A DNA stretch of 27,089 nucleotides from an uncultured Candidatus Peribacteria bacterium (lineage in GTDB: Bacteria; Patescibacteriota; Gracilibacteria; UBA1369; UBA12463): positions 1-27,089 of the forward strand of contig CAYHPV010000002.1 of the NCBI GenBank assembly GCA_964358735.1. The letters run 5' to 3'. Positions 1 to 6,914 of the stretch are shown piece by piece. The position numbers were made by a program, and so were the translations under genes. Numbering within the stretch: position 1 is the stretch's first letter; every line of letters starts with the position of its first letter. The notes beneath the pieces were generated by a model. That model did no database searches and was not told the origin of the DNA. It saw nothing but the letters and a program-made list of their open reading frames with translations.

Positions 1-35
1 TGTAACATTGAAAGCGGCCTAGCGTATACAAGGGC

Positions 36-125
36 ATGAAATACGCAACATTTGTCGCCCGAAATATCGCGATGATAGCCCTAGCCGGAGGCTGGATGGC
101 AGTACTTATGTACCTGACGAGGTAG
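36..125 (+). CDS. Possible 29-aa single-TM small protein (MKYATFVARNIAMIALAGGWMAVLMYLTR), below the ORF-track cutoff
   Basis: ATG 36-38 to TAG 123-125; hydrophobic core; convergent 20-nt overlap with the folP 3' end; no clear promoter. Confidence 0.3.
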   Translation: MKYATFVARNIAMIALAGGWMAVLMYLTR

Positions 126-1305
126 AATTCGTCACGATTGAGTAAGCCATATCCAGAGCCCGACGTGCCGCCCGCACGTCATGCATTCGCAGCATCGAAG
201 CCCCATGTTCATACGCCAAAACCGCACTCGCCACTCCACCCTCATGGCGTTCTTCAAGCTTGCCCGGAATAAAAGATTTACGCGACGGACCAACCAGAAG
301 AGGCAGCCCAAATATTTTCAACTCGCCAAGTCTGCGTAAAATTTCCAGACTATACTTCGGATATCCACTCACAAAGGCCCCCATGCCGGGATCAAGAATG
401 AGTCGATCACGAGAAATCCCCTTCGAGACAGCATACGCAACGCGGGTCTCCAAAAAAGAAATCACCGCCTCCATCACATCGTCATATGGCGTCAATTCAC
501 GACTCGTCCGCGCCGTCGTATCTTTTGAGTACATCATGACGGTCAAAACATTCAATTCTGCAATAACAGAAGCCATTTTTTTATCACCTCGCAGAGCCGT
601 CACATCATTAACAATAGATGCACCATGTTCAATCGCCATCCGAGCTACAGAAGATTTCCATGTATCCACCGATAACGACACTTTTTTTAAAATTTTCTTT
701 TTCGAAAAAATTTCAAACACCGGCCTCACTCTCGCGAGTTCTTCCTTCACAGAAACATCCTTTGATCCCGGCCCCGTCGATTCTCCCCCTACGTCAATAA
801 TATCCGCTCCCTCATCGATCATCTGTTCGACTCGTTTCATGACTCGCACGCCATCAATCTTTCCACCGACGAAAAAACTTCCTCCATCAGAAAACGAATC
901 CGGCGTCACATTCATAATACCCATTATTTTTGGCTTCGCATAAACGAAATTACCGGCCGATCGTAAAACATCTCTCAACCGCTCCCCCACCTCTTTCAAT
1001 CCAAACGGCTGCGCCCGTAAATTCAATACAAGCATCTCAAGTTGCGACACACTCGCCATCAGTACCGCATCCGTCGACTCGCCCTCCAGAAACGATGCCG
1101 CCTTTGGCAACGCCAAATCAGCCCCGACCGCAATACACTCCTGTTTCAAAATATTCGCCGCCCGCACCGAAAGTCCCTTCAGCGCAAAAATCTTCATAAG
1201 CATTTTTTTCGCCATAATCCCCACCCCCCCGGGGTCCACACCCAAAGACAGCAGCTCATGCTGCGCCTCACGTAAACTCGAAATGTGCCGAAGAAAAATC
1301 TTCAT
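106..1305 (-). CDS. folP: Dihydropteroate synthase with ~120-aa N-terminal extension (Helicobacter-type putative dihydropteroate reductase domain)
   Basis: DHPS motifs IMGIMNVTPDSFSDGG, DVGGESTGPG, SVDTWK, LDPGMG, GPSRKSF, RMHDV; N-terminal LKQECIAVGAD and QPFGLK motifs; 4-nt ATGA overlap with pabC. Confidence 0.95.
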   Translation of the reverse strand: MKIFLRHISSLREAQHELLSLGVDPGGVGIMAKKMLMKIFALKGLSVRAANILKQECIAVGADLALPKAASFLEGESTDAVLMASVSQLEMLVLNLRAQPFGLKEVGERLRDVLRSAGNFVYAKPKIMGIMNVTPDSFSDGGSFFVGGKIDGVRVMKRVEQMIDEGADIIDVGGESTGPGSKDVSVKEELARVRPVFEIFSKKKILKKVSLSVDTWKSSVARMAIEHGASIVNDVTALRGDKKMASVIAELNVLTVMMYSKDTTARTSRELTPYDDVMEAVISFLETRVAYAVSKGISRDRLILDPGMGAFVSGYPKYSLEILRRLGELKIFGLPLLVGPSRKSFIPGKLEERHEGGVASAVLAYEHGASMLRMHDVRAARRALDMAYSIVTNSTSSGT

Positions 1306-2150
1306 AAGGAGTCAAGAAATGCGCTGTACACAGCTTTGGTAATTGGCCCCGGTTTCCCTTTTCCTAGAGCCCTATCCCCTACCTTCACGACACTCACCAC
1401 GCCACTCGGAGCATTGGTAAAAAAGACCTCATCGGCAGCCCGAACAAACGATTTTTTAAAATAGGCATAGACAATTTTTTTCAAAATTTTCTTGCGCACC
1501 AGCCCGCGTGCAATCCGCAAAATCGCGTCACGCGTCACGCCCGGAAGAATTCCTGACCTCGGCGTATAGAGAACTCCATGTCTCACCACAAAGACATTAC
1601 TCACCGCACCCTCACTCACATAGCCTTCACGGTCCACGAGCAGCATATCAAAGAGCCCATGCGAAAGTGCATACATTCTCGCCATCACCAGCGGAAAAAG
1701 ACTCGTGCTCTTCACCGTCGGAAACGCCCGCTCCACGGGGAAAAAATCTGCCGTCACCTCCGGCAATGCCACTTTTCCCGTAAACACCGGCAAAGCATAG
1801 CAGGTCACACACACCGTCACACGTCCTTTGGTATCCGGCGCAAATCGCGCACCCTTCGACGCACTCATCCCCCGCGTCACCATCACGCGAACCCGCGCCT
1901 CTCGATAATTATTTTTTCTGATAAGCGTCTGTACCTGATCAATCAGCCGCGCAAACGAGTACGGAAGTTTCATCCCAGCTATTGCCATGGATTTTTCCAG
2001 CCGCTTCATGTGCACATCCGGCTTCCAAAGCGCGCCCCGATACGTCCGCATCGTCTCATAGACGCCATCTCCATAAAGAAATCCCTGGTCAAAGACGGAT
2101 ATGTGAGCCTCCTGCTCCGGAATATATTTCCCATTGAGAAAAACAATCAT
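1302..2150 (-). CDS. pabC: Class IV PLP aminotransferase (aminodeoxychorismate lyase / IlvE-Dat family), probably PabC
   Basis: DQGFLYGDGVYET, PLP-Lys in TVKSTS, EGAVSNVF, LPGVTR, ADEVFFTN; coupled to folP. The PabC versus IlvE call rests on context only. Confidence 0.8.
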   Translation of the reverse strand: MIVFLNGKYIPEQEAHISVFDQGFLYGDGVYETMRTYRGALWKPDVHMKRLEKSMAIAGMKLPYSFARLIDQVQTLIRKNNYREARVRVMVTRGMSASKGARFAPDTKGRVTVCVTCYALPVFTGKVALPEVTADFFPVERAFPTVKSTSLFPLVMARMYALSHGLFDMLLVDREGYVSEGAVSNVFVVRHGVLYTPRSGILPGVTRDAILRIARGLVRKKILKKIVYAYFKKSFVRAADEVFFTNAPSGVVSVVKVGDRALGKGKPGPITKAVYSAFLDSL

Positions 2151-2186
2151 GGCCCGATGATAGCAGCATTCGTCGCCTCTTGTCAG
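2151..2186 (-). promoter_or_regulatory. sigma70 promoter giving a probably leaderless pabC-folP mRNA
   Basis: Minus strand CTGACA(2186-2181)-18 nt-TATCAT(2162-2157) with TG extension; only 6 nt to the ATG. Confidence 0.6.
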
Positions 2187-2196
2187 TAAAAAATAA

Positions 2197-2514
2197 TCAA
2201 TCCTTCAGTGCCAAATCGCGGAGATAAGCAGAAATTGAGGTATAGCCTTTCTTAAGAGCCTTTTTCTCAATTTTCTTTTTGTATTCTGAGCCTATTCTAA
2301 AACGCACAATCTCCTCACGCTTTTCATACTCACGCGCATCAAGAATATGATCAGGAAGATACTGAATCAATTCAGGAACATCCTCATTCAAAAAACCTTG
2401 ATCAATTCTTGCAGCTGGACACTCTACATAAGTTTCCATTTCATTCACTTTTTTGAGCGTACAAGGATATTTTTTATTACCGATATTAACATAAAAAGTT
2501 ATGGTTTTTTTCAT
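2197..2514 (-). CDS. Putative antitoxin: atypical N-terminal domain plus C-terminal ribbon-helix-helix
   Basis: C-terminal EIVRFRI..YKKKIEKKALKKGYTSISAYLRDLALK has an RHH pattern; ATGA overlap with hicA. Confidence 0.75.
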   Translation of the reverse strand: MKKTITFYVNIGNKKYPCTLKKVNEMETYVECPAARIDQGFLNEDVPELIQYLPDHILDAREYEKREEIVRFRIGSEYKKKIEKKALKKGYTSISAYLRDLALKD

Positions 2515-2759
2515 GGAAAAATGAGAAGAAATGATTTAATAACATTTGAAGCTTCAACCTTATAATACGTAGCACAGTCATTATTGTGCAAGGGAAGAAT
2601 AATATCTCTCTGAATCTTAGGATGACGAAATTTATTATGACTTCCTTTTCCGTGTGAATGACTAAATCCAAGACCGAGAAGAAGATGAACAATTTCCGAA
2701 TATCGAAGCGTTGCCGGCCTTTCCAGAAATTTTTTCAATAACTTCTTTTTTTGTGACAT
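2511..2759 (-). CDS. hicA: HicA-family mRNA interferase toxin
   Basis: 82 aa basic protein; LGF....GKGSH..F.HP and LPLH motifs of the HicA dsRBD-like fold. Confidence 0.9.
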   Translation of the reverse strand: MSQKKKLLKKFLERPATLRYSEIVHLLLGLGFSHSHGKGSHNKFRHPKIQRDIILPLHNNDCATYYKVEASNVIKSFLLIFP

Positions 2760-2774
2760 ATTTCATATGGTTAC

Positions 2775-2803
2775 ATTATACAAAAGTGTAGCTACAAAAG
2801 CAA
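2775..2803 (-). promoter_or_regulatory. TA operon promoter with palindromic operator
   Basis: TTGCTT(2803-2798)-17 nt-TATAAT(2780-2775); perfect palindrome TGTAGCTACA at 2787-2796 inside the spacer. Confidence 0.8.
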
Positions 2804-2813
2804 GAGTAAAAAA

Positions 2814-3632
2814 TCACAAAGGACTTCGAATAAATCCAAGCCCCACCGACGTCACCTGCGTATATCGCTGTGTCGTGCGAATATTTGCATGCCCAAGTAA
2901 CTCTTGAATATATCGGATATCCACGCCATTTTCGAGTAAGTGTGTCGCAAAACTATGTCGCAACGAGTGAAACGTCGCCGCCTTCTTCAATCCCACCCGC
3001 ACCATCGCCCGCTCAAAAATCTTCTGCGCCGTCCGACTCGTCAGCCGCCCTGCGCGCTCACTCATAAACACAAATGTTTCTCCGCCTCTTCCCGCAACCA
3101 AGCTTCGCAACTCATCCCGAATCCTCTCCGGAAAAACTGTCGCCCGATCTTTGCCGCCCTTTCCACCACGCACCCACAGGCGCAAACTCTCAAAATCCAA
3201 ATCCCGAACCCTTAAGCTCACCACCTCACTCACGCGCAATCCCGCCCCATACGCCAACGTAATCATGAGTCGATGCTTCACGTTCACCACACTCGCAATA
3301 ATCCTGCGAATCTCTTCCCTCGACAGCACCACCGGCAGCTTCCGACTCCGCTTCGCAAAGCGAATATCTAATCCCCTTCCGAGCTTCAAAATCCGTCGAT
3401 ACACAAACAACATCGCATTCAAATAGAGATTCACTGTTTGCGACGCACACCCCCTATCCCGTTTCATCAACAAAAATCGCATCACATTTTCCCTCCTCAT
3501 AGCCAAATCCCCACCAACAAACTTCAAATATTCCGCAAAACATCGCACATAACTCGAAACCGTCCGCGGACTATATCCCCTCACCCTCAGCTCATCTCTC
3601 AGCTGCTCAATAATATGTTGCATATCGATCAC
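2814..3632 (-). CDS. Tyrosine recombinase, IntI-like but lacking the integron-specific I2 insertion
   Basis: IntI-like N-terminus (LRVRGYSPRTVSSY, ASQTVNLYLNA); full catalytic set GLRVSE, GKGGKDR, HSLRH, LGH, RYT; only 272 aa. The true start may be the Met at 3623. Confidence 0.9.
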   Translation of the reverse strand: MIDMQHIIEQLRDELRVRGYSPRTVSSYVRCFAEYLKFVGGDLAMRRENVMRFLLMKRDRGCASQTVNLYLNAMLFVYRRILKLGRGLDIRFAKRSRKLPVVLSREEIRRIIASVVNVKHRLMITLAYGAGLRVSEVVSLRVRDLDFESLRLWVRGGKGGKDRATVFPERIRDELRSLVAGRGGETFVFMSERAGRLTSRTAQKIFERAMVRVGLKKAATFHSLRHSFATHLLENGVDIRYIQELLGHANIRTTQRYTQVTSVGLGFIRSPL

Positions 3633-3647
3633 TCTACCACTCCGACC

Positions 3648-3734
3648 TTACCAATTTATAACCAACTCCTAACATTTTTCTTCTATTTTTCTAACAAAAT
3701 CCTGACAAAATCATAACAAAACATCACAAAAAAA
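3648..3734 (+). repeat. 11-bp-phased TAAC-box array upstream of the recombinase
   Basis: TTAC 3648, TAAC 3659, TAAC 3670, (TTCT 3681), TAAC 3692, TGAC 3703, TAAC 3714, TCAC 3724; the last four are followed by AAAA. Confidence 0.65.
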
Positions 3735-3767
3735 TAAGACATAAATATCTAGAATAAGCCAAAAAAC

Positions 3768-3784
3768 TGTGATAGCATCTGGGA
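3768..3784 (+). promoter_or_regulatory. Extended -10 promoter, probably leaderless, for the 136-aa ORF
   Basis: TGa-TAGCAT (-10 at 3773-3778), 6 nt before ATG 3785; -35 weak. Confidence 0.5.
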
Positions 3785-4195
3785 ATGAATATCTATAAAA
3801 CAAAGGCAAGAAAATTATCCGGAACTGACTTTAAAGAAATACATCAAAAGGCGGTTCATATTTATGAAGTGATTCGCAAACGATCAAAACGTCGAACATA
3901 TATTCGATCAATATATTTTGGAAAAAATAAAATCTTTCTAGGGATATTCTGGCAGCATGTCTATGAAAAAAAGAATTACGGCGATCAAATGAGGAGAATG
4001 AAATATTTTCCATGTGCCATAGAGCTCATCCAAAACTCACATTGCAATCCGACAACAAAAGAAAATCCAAACAAAAAATCAGAGTTACTTCATAGATTTT
4101 ACGGCTCTACACCTGAAAATGAGCACTTCATTGTCCAAATCAAAGAAGACAAACGAAGTGGAGAGAAATTCCTTATTTCAATATTTCCAGCATAA
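3785..4195 (+). CDS. 136-aa basic hypothetical protein, possibly a BECR/RelE-like RNase toxin
   Basis: Clean ORF with own promoter; FWQH, RRMKYF and C-terminal FIVQIKE...KFLISIFP resemble the BECR-fold nuclease layout (inference). Confidence 0.75.
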   Translation: MNIYKTKARKLSGTDFKEIHQKAVHIYEVIRKRSKRRTYIRSIYFGKNKIFLGIFWQHVYEKKNYGDQMRRMKYFPCAIELIQNSHCNPTTKENPNKKSELLHRFYGSTPENEHFIVQIKEDKRSGEKFLISIFPA

Positions 4196-4196
4196 A

Positions 4197-4251
4197 CAAA
4201 AAGACTCTCCGCTAACTGTAGTGTATAAACTACGGGCCGAAAGCCTTTTCT
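4197..4251 (-). ncRNA. Putative ~55-nt hairpin sRNA, copy 1
   Basis: AGAAAAGGCUUUCGGCCCGUAGUUUAUACACUACAGUUAGCGGAGAGUCUUUUU; 12-bp terminal stem, inner GUAGU/ACUAC stem, U5 tail; own promoter. Confidence 0.7.
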
Positions 4252-4257
4252 AGCGCA

Positions 4258-4286
4258 AGTATAGCAATATTCATTTAAAAAATCAA
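4258..4286 (-). promoter_or_regulatory. sigma70 promoter of sRNA copy 1
   Basis: TTGATT(4286-4281)-17 nt-TATACT(4263-4258) with TG extension. Confidence 0.75.
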
Positions 4287-4314
4287 TTCTTTGGATTTGT
4301 ATAGGAAAATGGTC

Positions 4315-4370
4315 AGAAAAAGGCCTCCGCTAATGTGTGGTATATAAACCCCGTGCCGAGGACCTTTTCT
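4315..4370 (-). ncRNA. Putative ~56-nt hairpin sRNA, copy 2
   Basis: AGAAAAGGUCCUCGGCACGGGGUUUAUAUACCACACAUUAGCGGAGGCCUUUUUCU; roughly three-quarters identical to copy 1 with compensatory stem changes; offset 119 bp. Confidence 0.7.
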
Positions 4371-4376
4371 AAGGCC

Positions 4377-4405
4377 ATTATGCTCATTTTAAAGCCAATA
4401 TGCAA
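4377..4405 (-). promoter_or_regulatory. sigma70 promoter of sRNA copy 2
   Basis: TTGCAT(4405-4400)-17 nt-CATAAT(4382-4377); same distance to the AGAAAAGG start as in copy 1. Confidence 0.75.
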
Positions 4406-4457
4406 GATATTTCTCAAATCCGACCCAGTATTCAAAGCTAAATTTCGCACATCCATC

Positions 4458-4506
4458 CCGAAACTGCTGTTTATACGAAGTGTTTTCATATAGAATCGAG
4501 TTATGT
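4458..4506 (+). other. Integron-type recombination site (attI-like or minimal attC) ending in R' box GTTATGT
   Basis: AAC(4462-4464)-5 nt-TTTATACGAA/TTCATATAGA stem-5 nt-GTTATGT(4500-4506); downstream sequence is complementary to the R'' at 5846. Confidence 0.5.
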
Positions 4507-4655
4507 GAAATGCATGTTTTACTTTTGGGCTATCGCCCAGCTCTAAAAAAGAATCCAATTTTGTTTTTTTTATCTATTTATATAGGGGGATAAGGTATTT
4601 TCTCCGCTCTGCTACGAAAATAATTTATTTAAATAATTTTTAACCAAAAAATAGT

Positions 4656-4979
4656 ATGAAAATAGGAATCATTATAAGTCAAACCAATCCCGAAATCGTA
4701 TGGAACGCTTTTCGATTAGCAAATTTTTCTCTTACGCAAGGTGATGAGGTTAAAATTTTTCTTGTTGGCGAAGGCGTGGAATATGAGACTGGCAGTTCTG
4801 AAAAATTCAATATTCAAGAGCAGGCGACAGAATTTTTAAAATCGGATAAAGCTGAAATCATGGCATGTGGCACATGTTTGAAGTTGCGCAAACAAGAAGC
4901 GACAAACACATGTCCAATGAGTACCATGAAAGATTTATACGCATTAGTTAAGGAATGTGACAAAATTTTAACTTTTTAA
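4656..4979 (+). CDS. DsrE/DsrF-like family protein
   Basis: WNAFRLA, VKIFLVGEGV, ACGTC, STMKDL..LV.ECDKILTF pattern; 107 aa. Confidence 0.85.
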   Translation: MKIGIIISQTNPEIVWNAFRLANFSLTQGDEVKIFLVGEGVEYETGSSEKFNIQEQATEFLKSDKAEIMACGTCLKLRKQEATNTCPMSTMKDLYALVKECDKILTF

Positions 4980-4988
4980 TCAAAAATT

Positions 4989-5702
4989 ATGAAAAAACTA
5001 CTTTTTCTCACAATTTCTATTTCCGTTCTTGGTCTTATTTCGCCAACAACTTCTTTCGCGCAAGGAATGATGGGCTTTCCAAATGTATCTATTGATAATG
5101 CCACCATACAAAGCCAGCAACAGGAAGAACAAGAAGGTAAAAACTTTTTGGATAACTTAACGAACAAAACAGTTGCTTGTTCGCAACTCAATGATTCGGA
5201 TTTTGAAAAAATCGGCGAATATTTTATGGGTCAATCCATTGGAGACACAACAAGGCATATTGCCATGAATGAGATGATGAAAAGAATGATGGGCGAAAAA
5301 GGCGAAGAACAAGCGCACGCGGTAATGGGCAAGCGATTGAGCGGTTGCGATACTTCCGCCGCATTTCCATCGCAAGACGCTGGCTTTTTTCCAATGCTAA
5401 ATATGATGACGGGAGGGTGGTCGTCTCCCTCAAAATTTAATCAAACTAACAATAATCCTATGATGTGGAATTTTGGCAATAATCCGATGGGGTGGGGTTT
5501 CGGCGCTTTCGGTTGGATTTTTATGATCCTAGTGTGGGCTGTAATTATCGCTGGCATTTTTGCGCTTATCAAATGGCTTGCAGCACAATCTCACAACGCA
5601 CATGGTCACGAAAAATCCCCGCTTGAAATCCTAAAAGAACGCTACGCTAAAGGCGAGATTGATAAAAAAGAATTCGAAGAAAGAAAAAAAGATTTGAGCT
5701 AG
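4989..5702 (+). CDS. Exported/membrane Met-Gly-rich protein with C-terminal SHOCT domain
   Basis: Signal peptide (..SFAQ), Met-rich segments, one TM helix, C-terminal PLEILKERYAKGEIDKKEFEERKKDL. Confidence 0.85.
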   Translation: MKKLLFLTISISVLGLISPTTSFAQGMMGFPNVSIDNATIQSQQQEEQEGKNFLDNLTNKTVACSQLNDSDFEKIGEYFMGQSIGDTTRHIAMNEMMKRMMGEKGEEQAHAVMGKRLSGCDTSAAFPSQDAGFFPMLNMMTGGWSSPSKFNQTNNNPMMWNFGNNPMGWGFGAFGWIFMILVWAVIIAGIFALIKWLAAQSHNAHGHEKSPLEILKERYAKGEIDKKEFEERKKDLS

Positions 5703-5722
5703 CTCACATTTCTCTATAAGGA

Positions 5723-5773
5723 GTTTTTGATTTTGGGCATTCACCCCTAACCCCTCTGCCCAAAATCAAAAAC
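5723..5773. repeat. 17-bp perfect inverted repeat (hairpin / bidirectional terminator-like) with C-rich loop
   Basis: GTTTTTGATTTTGGGCA - TTCACCCCTAACCCCTC - TGCCCAAAATCAAAAAC. Confidence 0.75.
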
Positions 5774-5804
5774 GAAAAAACAAAATTAGATTATTTTTTA
5801 GAGC

Positions 5805-5826
5805 AATCCCGATTGCTATCGGGATT
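5805..5826. repeat. Short palindromic hairpin AATCCCGA-TTGCTA-TCGGGATT
   Basis: 8-bp perfect stem with 6-nt loop. Confidence 0.65.
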
Positions 5827-5878
5827 AAAGAAAAACATGCACATCACATAACTAGCTATATCCACGTCAATGCAATTT

Positions 5879-6832
5879 TCATGATAATTGATTAGTAAAA
5901 GGTGTGCCCCGCTTCCATACGGCAAAAACAACATGTACCATCTTGTGCATCACGGCACAAAGAGCGACACGATAAGGTTTCCCCTCGGATCGCTTTTTTG
6001 TGAAAAACACTCTAAAAATATTGTCGTGTAAAACGGCGACAGAAGACGCATTGAAAAAACGAGTGCGCAAAATCTTGCTGCCACGCTTGGTAATATACCC
6101 TTTTCCGTGAATGCTTGTTCCACTCTCATACACACGGGAATCAAGGCCGACATAAGCGGTTAATCGTTTTGCGTCAGGGAAACGGGCAATATCTCCAATT
6201 TCCGCGACGCAGGTCGCAGCGGTTTGAGGTCCAACGCCAGGGATAGATTGCAGCAACTTCTGCAAATCAGGATTAAATTTTCTGATTTTTCTATCCAGTA
6301 AAAGAATTTTTTCATCTAGAAACTCCACAAGATCCTTGTTCACTTCCGAAATGTCATTTGCAAGATAACTTTCACGCAGACAAACTTCCTCCTGTCTCAA
6401 TTTGGCTTGTACTCTCAGCATTGAAAACTTTGATCTCTGACGCACCAAAGTTTTAAGAGTAAGGATGTTGGAAGTATCACGAAAAGGATGCCCGGCGCCG
6501 TTAATCAAACAAATACGAATCAGCTTGGCATCATGAATATCTGTTTTGACACTGCGAACAGTCGATTTGCTTTGCCCCCGTGTAATTAAAGGATTAATTA
6601 CGTTGACGGTATAACCGGCCTTTGTAGCCAGAAAAGAAAGTTGAAGGTGATATGAGCCTGTTGATTCCAGACCAATGAGAGTCTTCTCGTTTGAAAACTT
6701 GTGAGCACTCAAATAATGAAGGAATTGAGAGATTCCAAGGCCGGAATTGTCAAATTTCACGATACCTCCATGCTCGTCAAAACAGGCATGAAAATCACGT
6801 TTGGAAACATCTATACCGATGTATTTGTTCAT
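5879..6832 (-). CDS. IS110 DEDD recombinase/transposase, apparently intact
   Basis: IGIDVSK, GLESTGSY, KTDIHDA (D-E-D-D); SIPGVG; GLDSRVYESG (catalytic Ser); KRGSKILR; AVMHKM. Confidence 0.95.
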   Translation of the reverse strand: MNKYIGIDVSKRDFHACFDEHGGIVKFDNSGLGISQFLHYLSAHKFSNEKTLIGLESTGSYHLQLSFLATKAGYTVNVINPLITRGQSKSTVRSVKTDIHDAKLIRICLINGAGHPFRDTSNILTLKTLVRQRSKFSMLRVQAKLRQEEVCLRESYLANDISEVNKDLVEFLDEKILLLDRKIRKFNPDLQKLLQSIPGVGPQTAATCVAEIGDIARFPDAKRLTAYVGLDSRVYESGTSIHGKGYITKRGSKILRTRFFNASSVAVLHDNIFRVFFTKKRSEGKPYRVALCAVMHKMVHVVFAVWKRGTPFTNQLS

Positions 6833-6914
6833 AATCTTGATTTTTAGGTTGTATTGGACATAAAATCTAAGAGAAAGAAAAGAAGAAAAGAAAGAGAAAG
6901 GCGGTAGCTGCGAA

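Noticed and set aside
3633-3784. Canonical attI directly upstream of the recombinase
   Set aside because: No GTT on the + strand in this interval, so no R box in the cassette orientation.
4197-4405. CRISPR-like repeat-spacer interpretation of the 119-bp duplication
   Set aside because: Only two diverged ~56-nt copies; the intervening DNA is a promoter, not a spacer; no cas genes in the window.
4313-4558. 81-aa minus-strand ORF
   Set aside because: Runs through the att-like site, the sRNA-2 promoter and the hairpin; no recognisable protein features.
6869-6900. Purine-rich AAAG tract
   Set aside because: Low-complexity linker between bridge RNA and transposase start; no regular unit.
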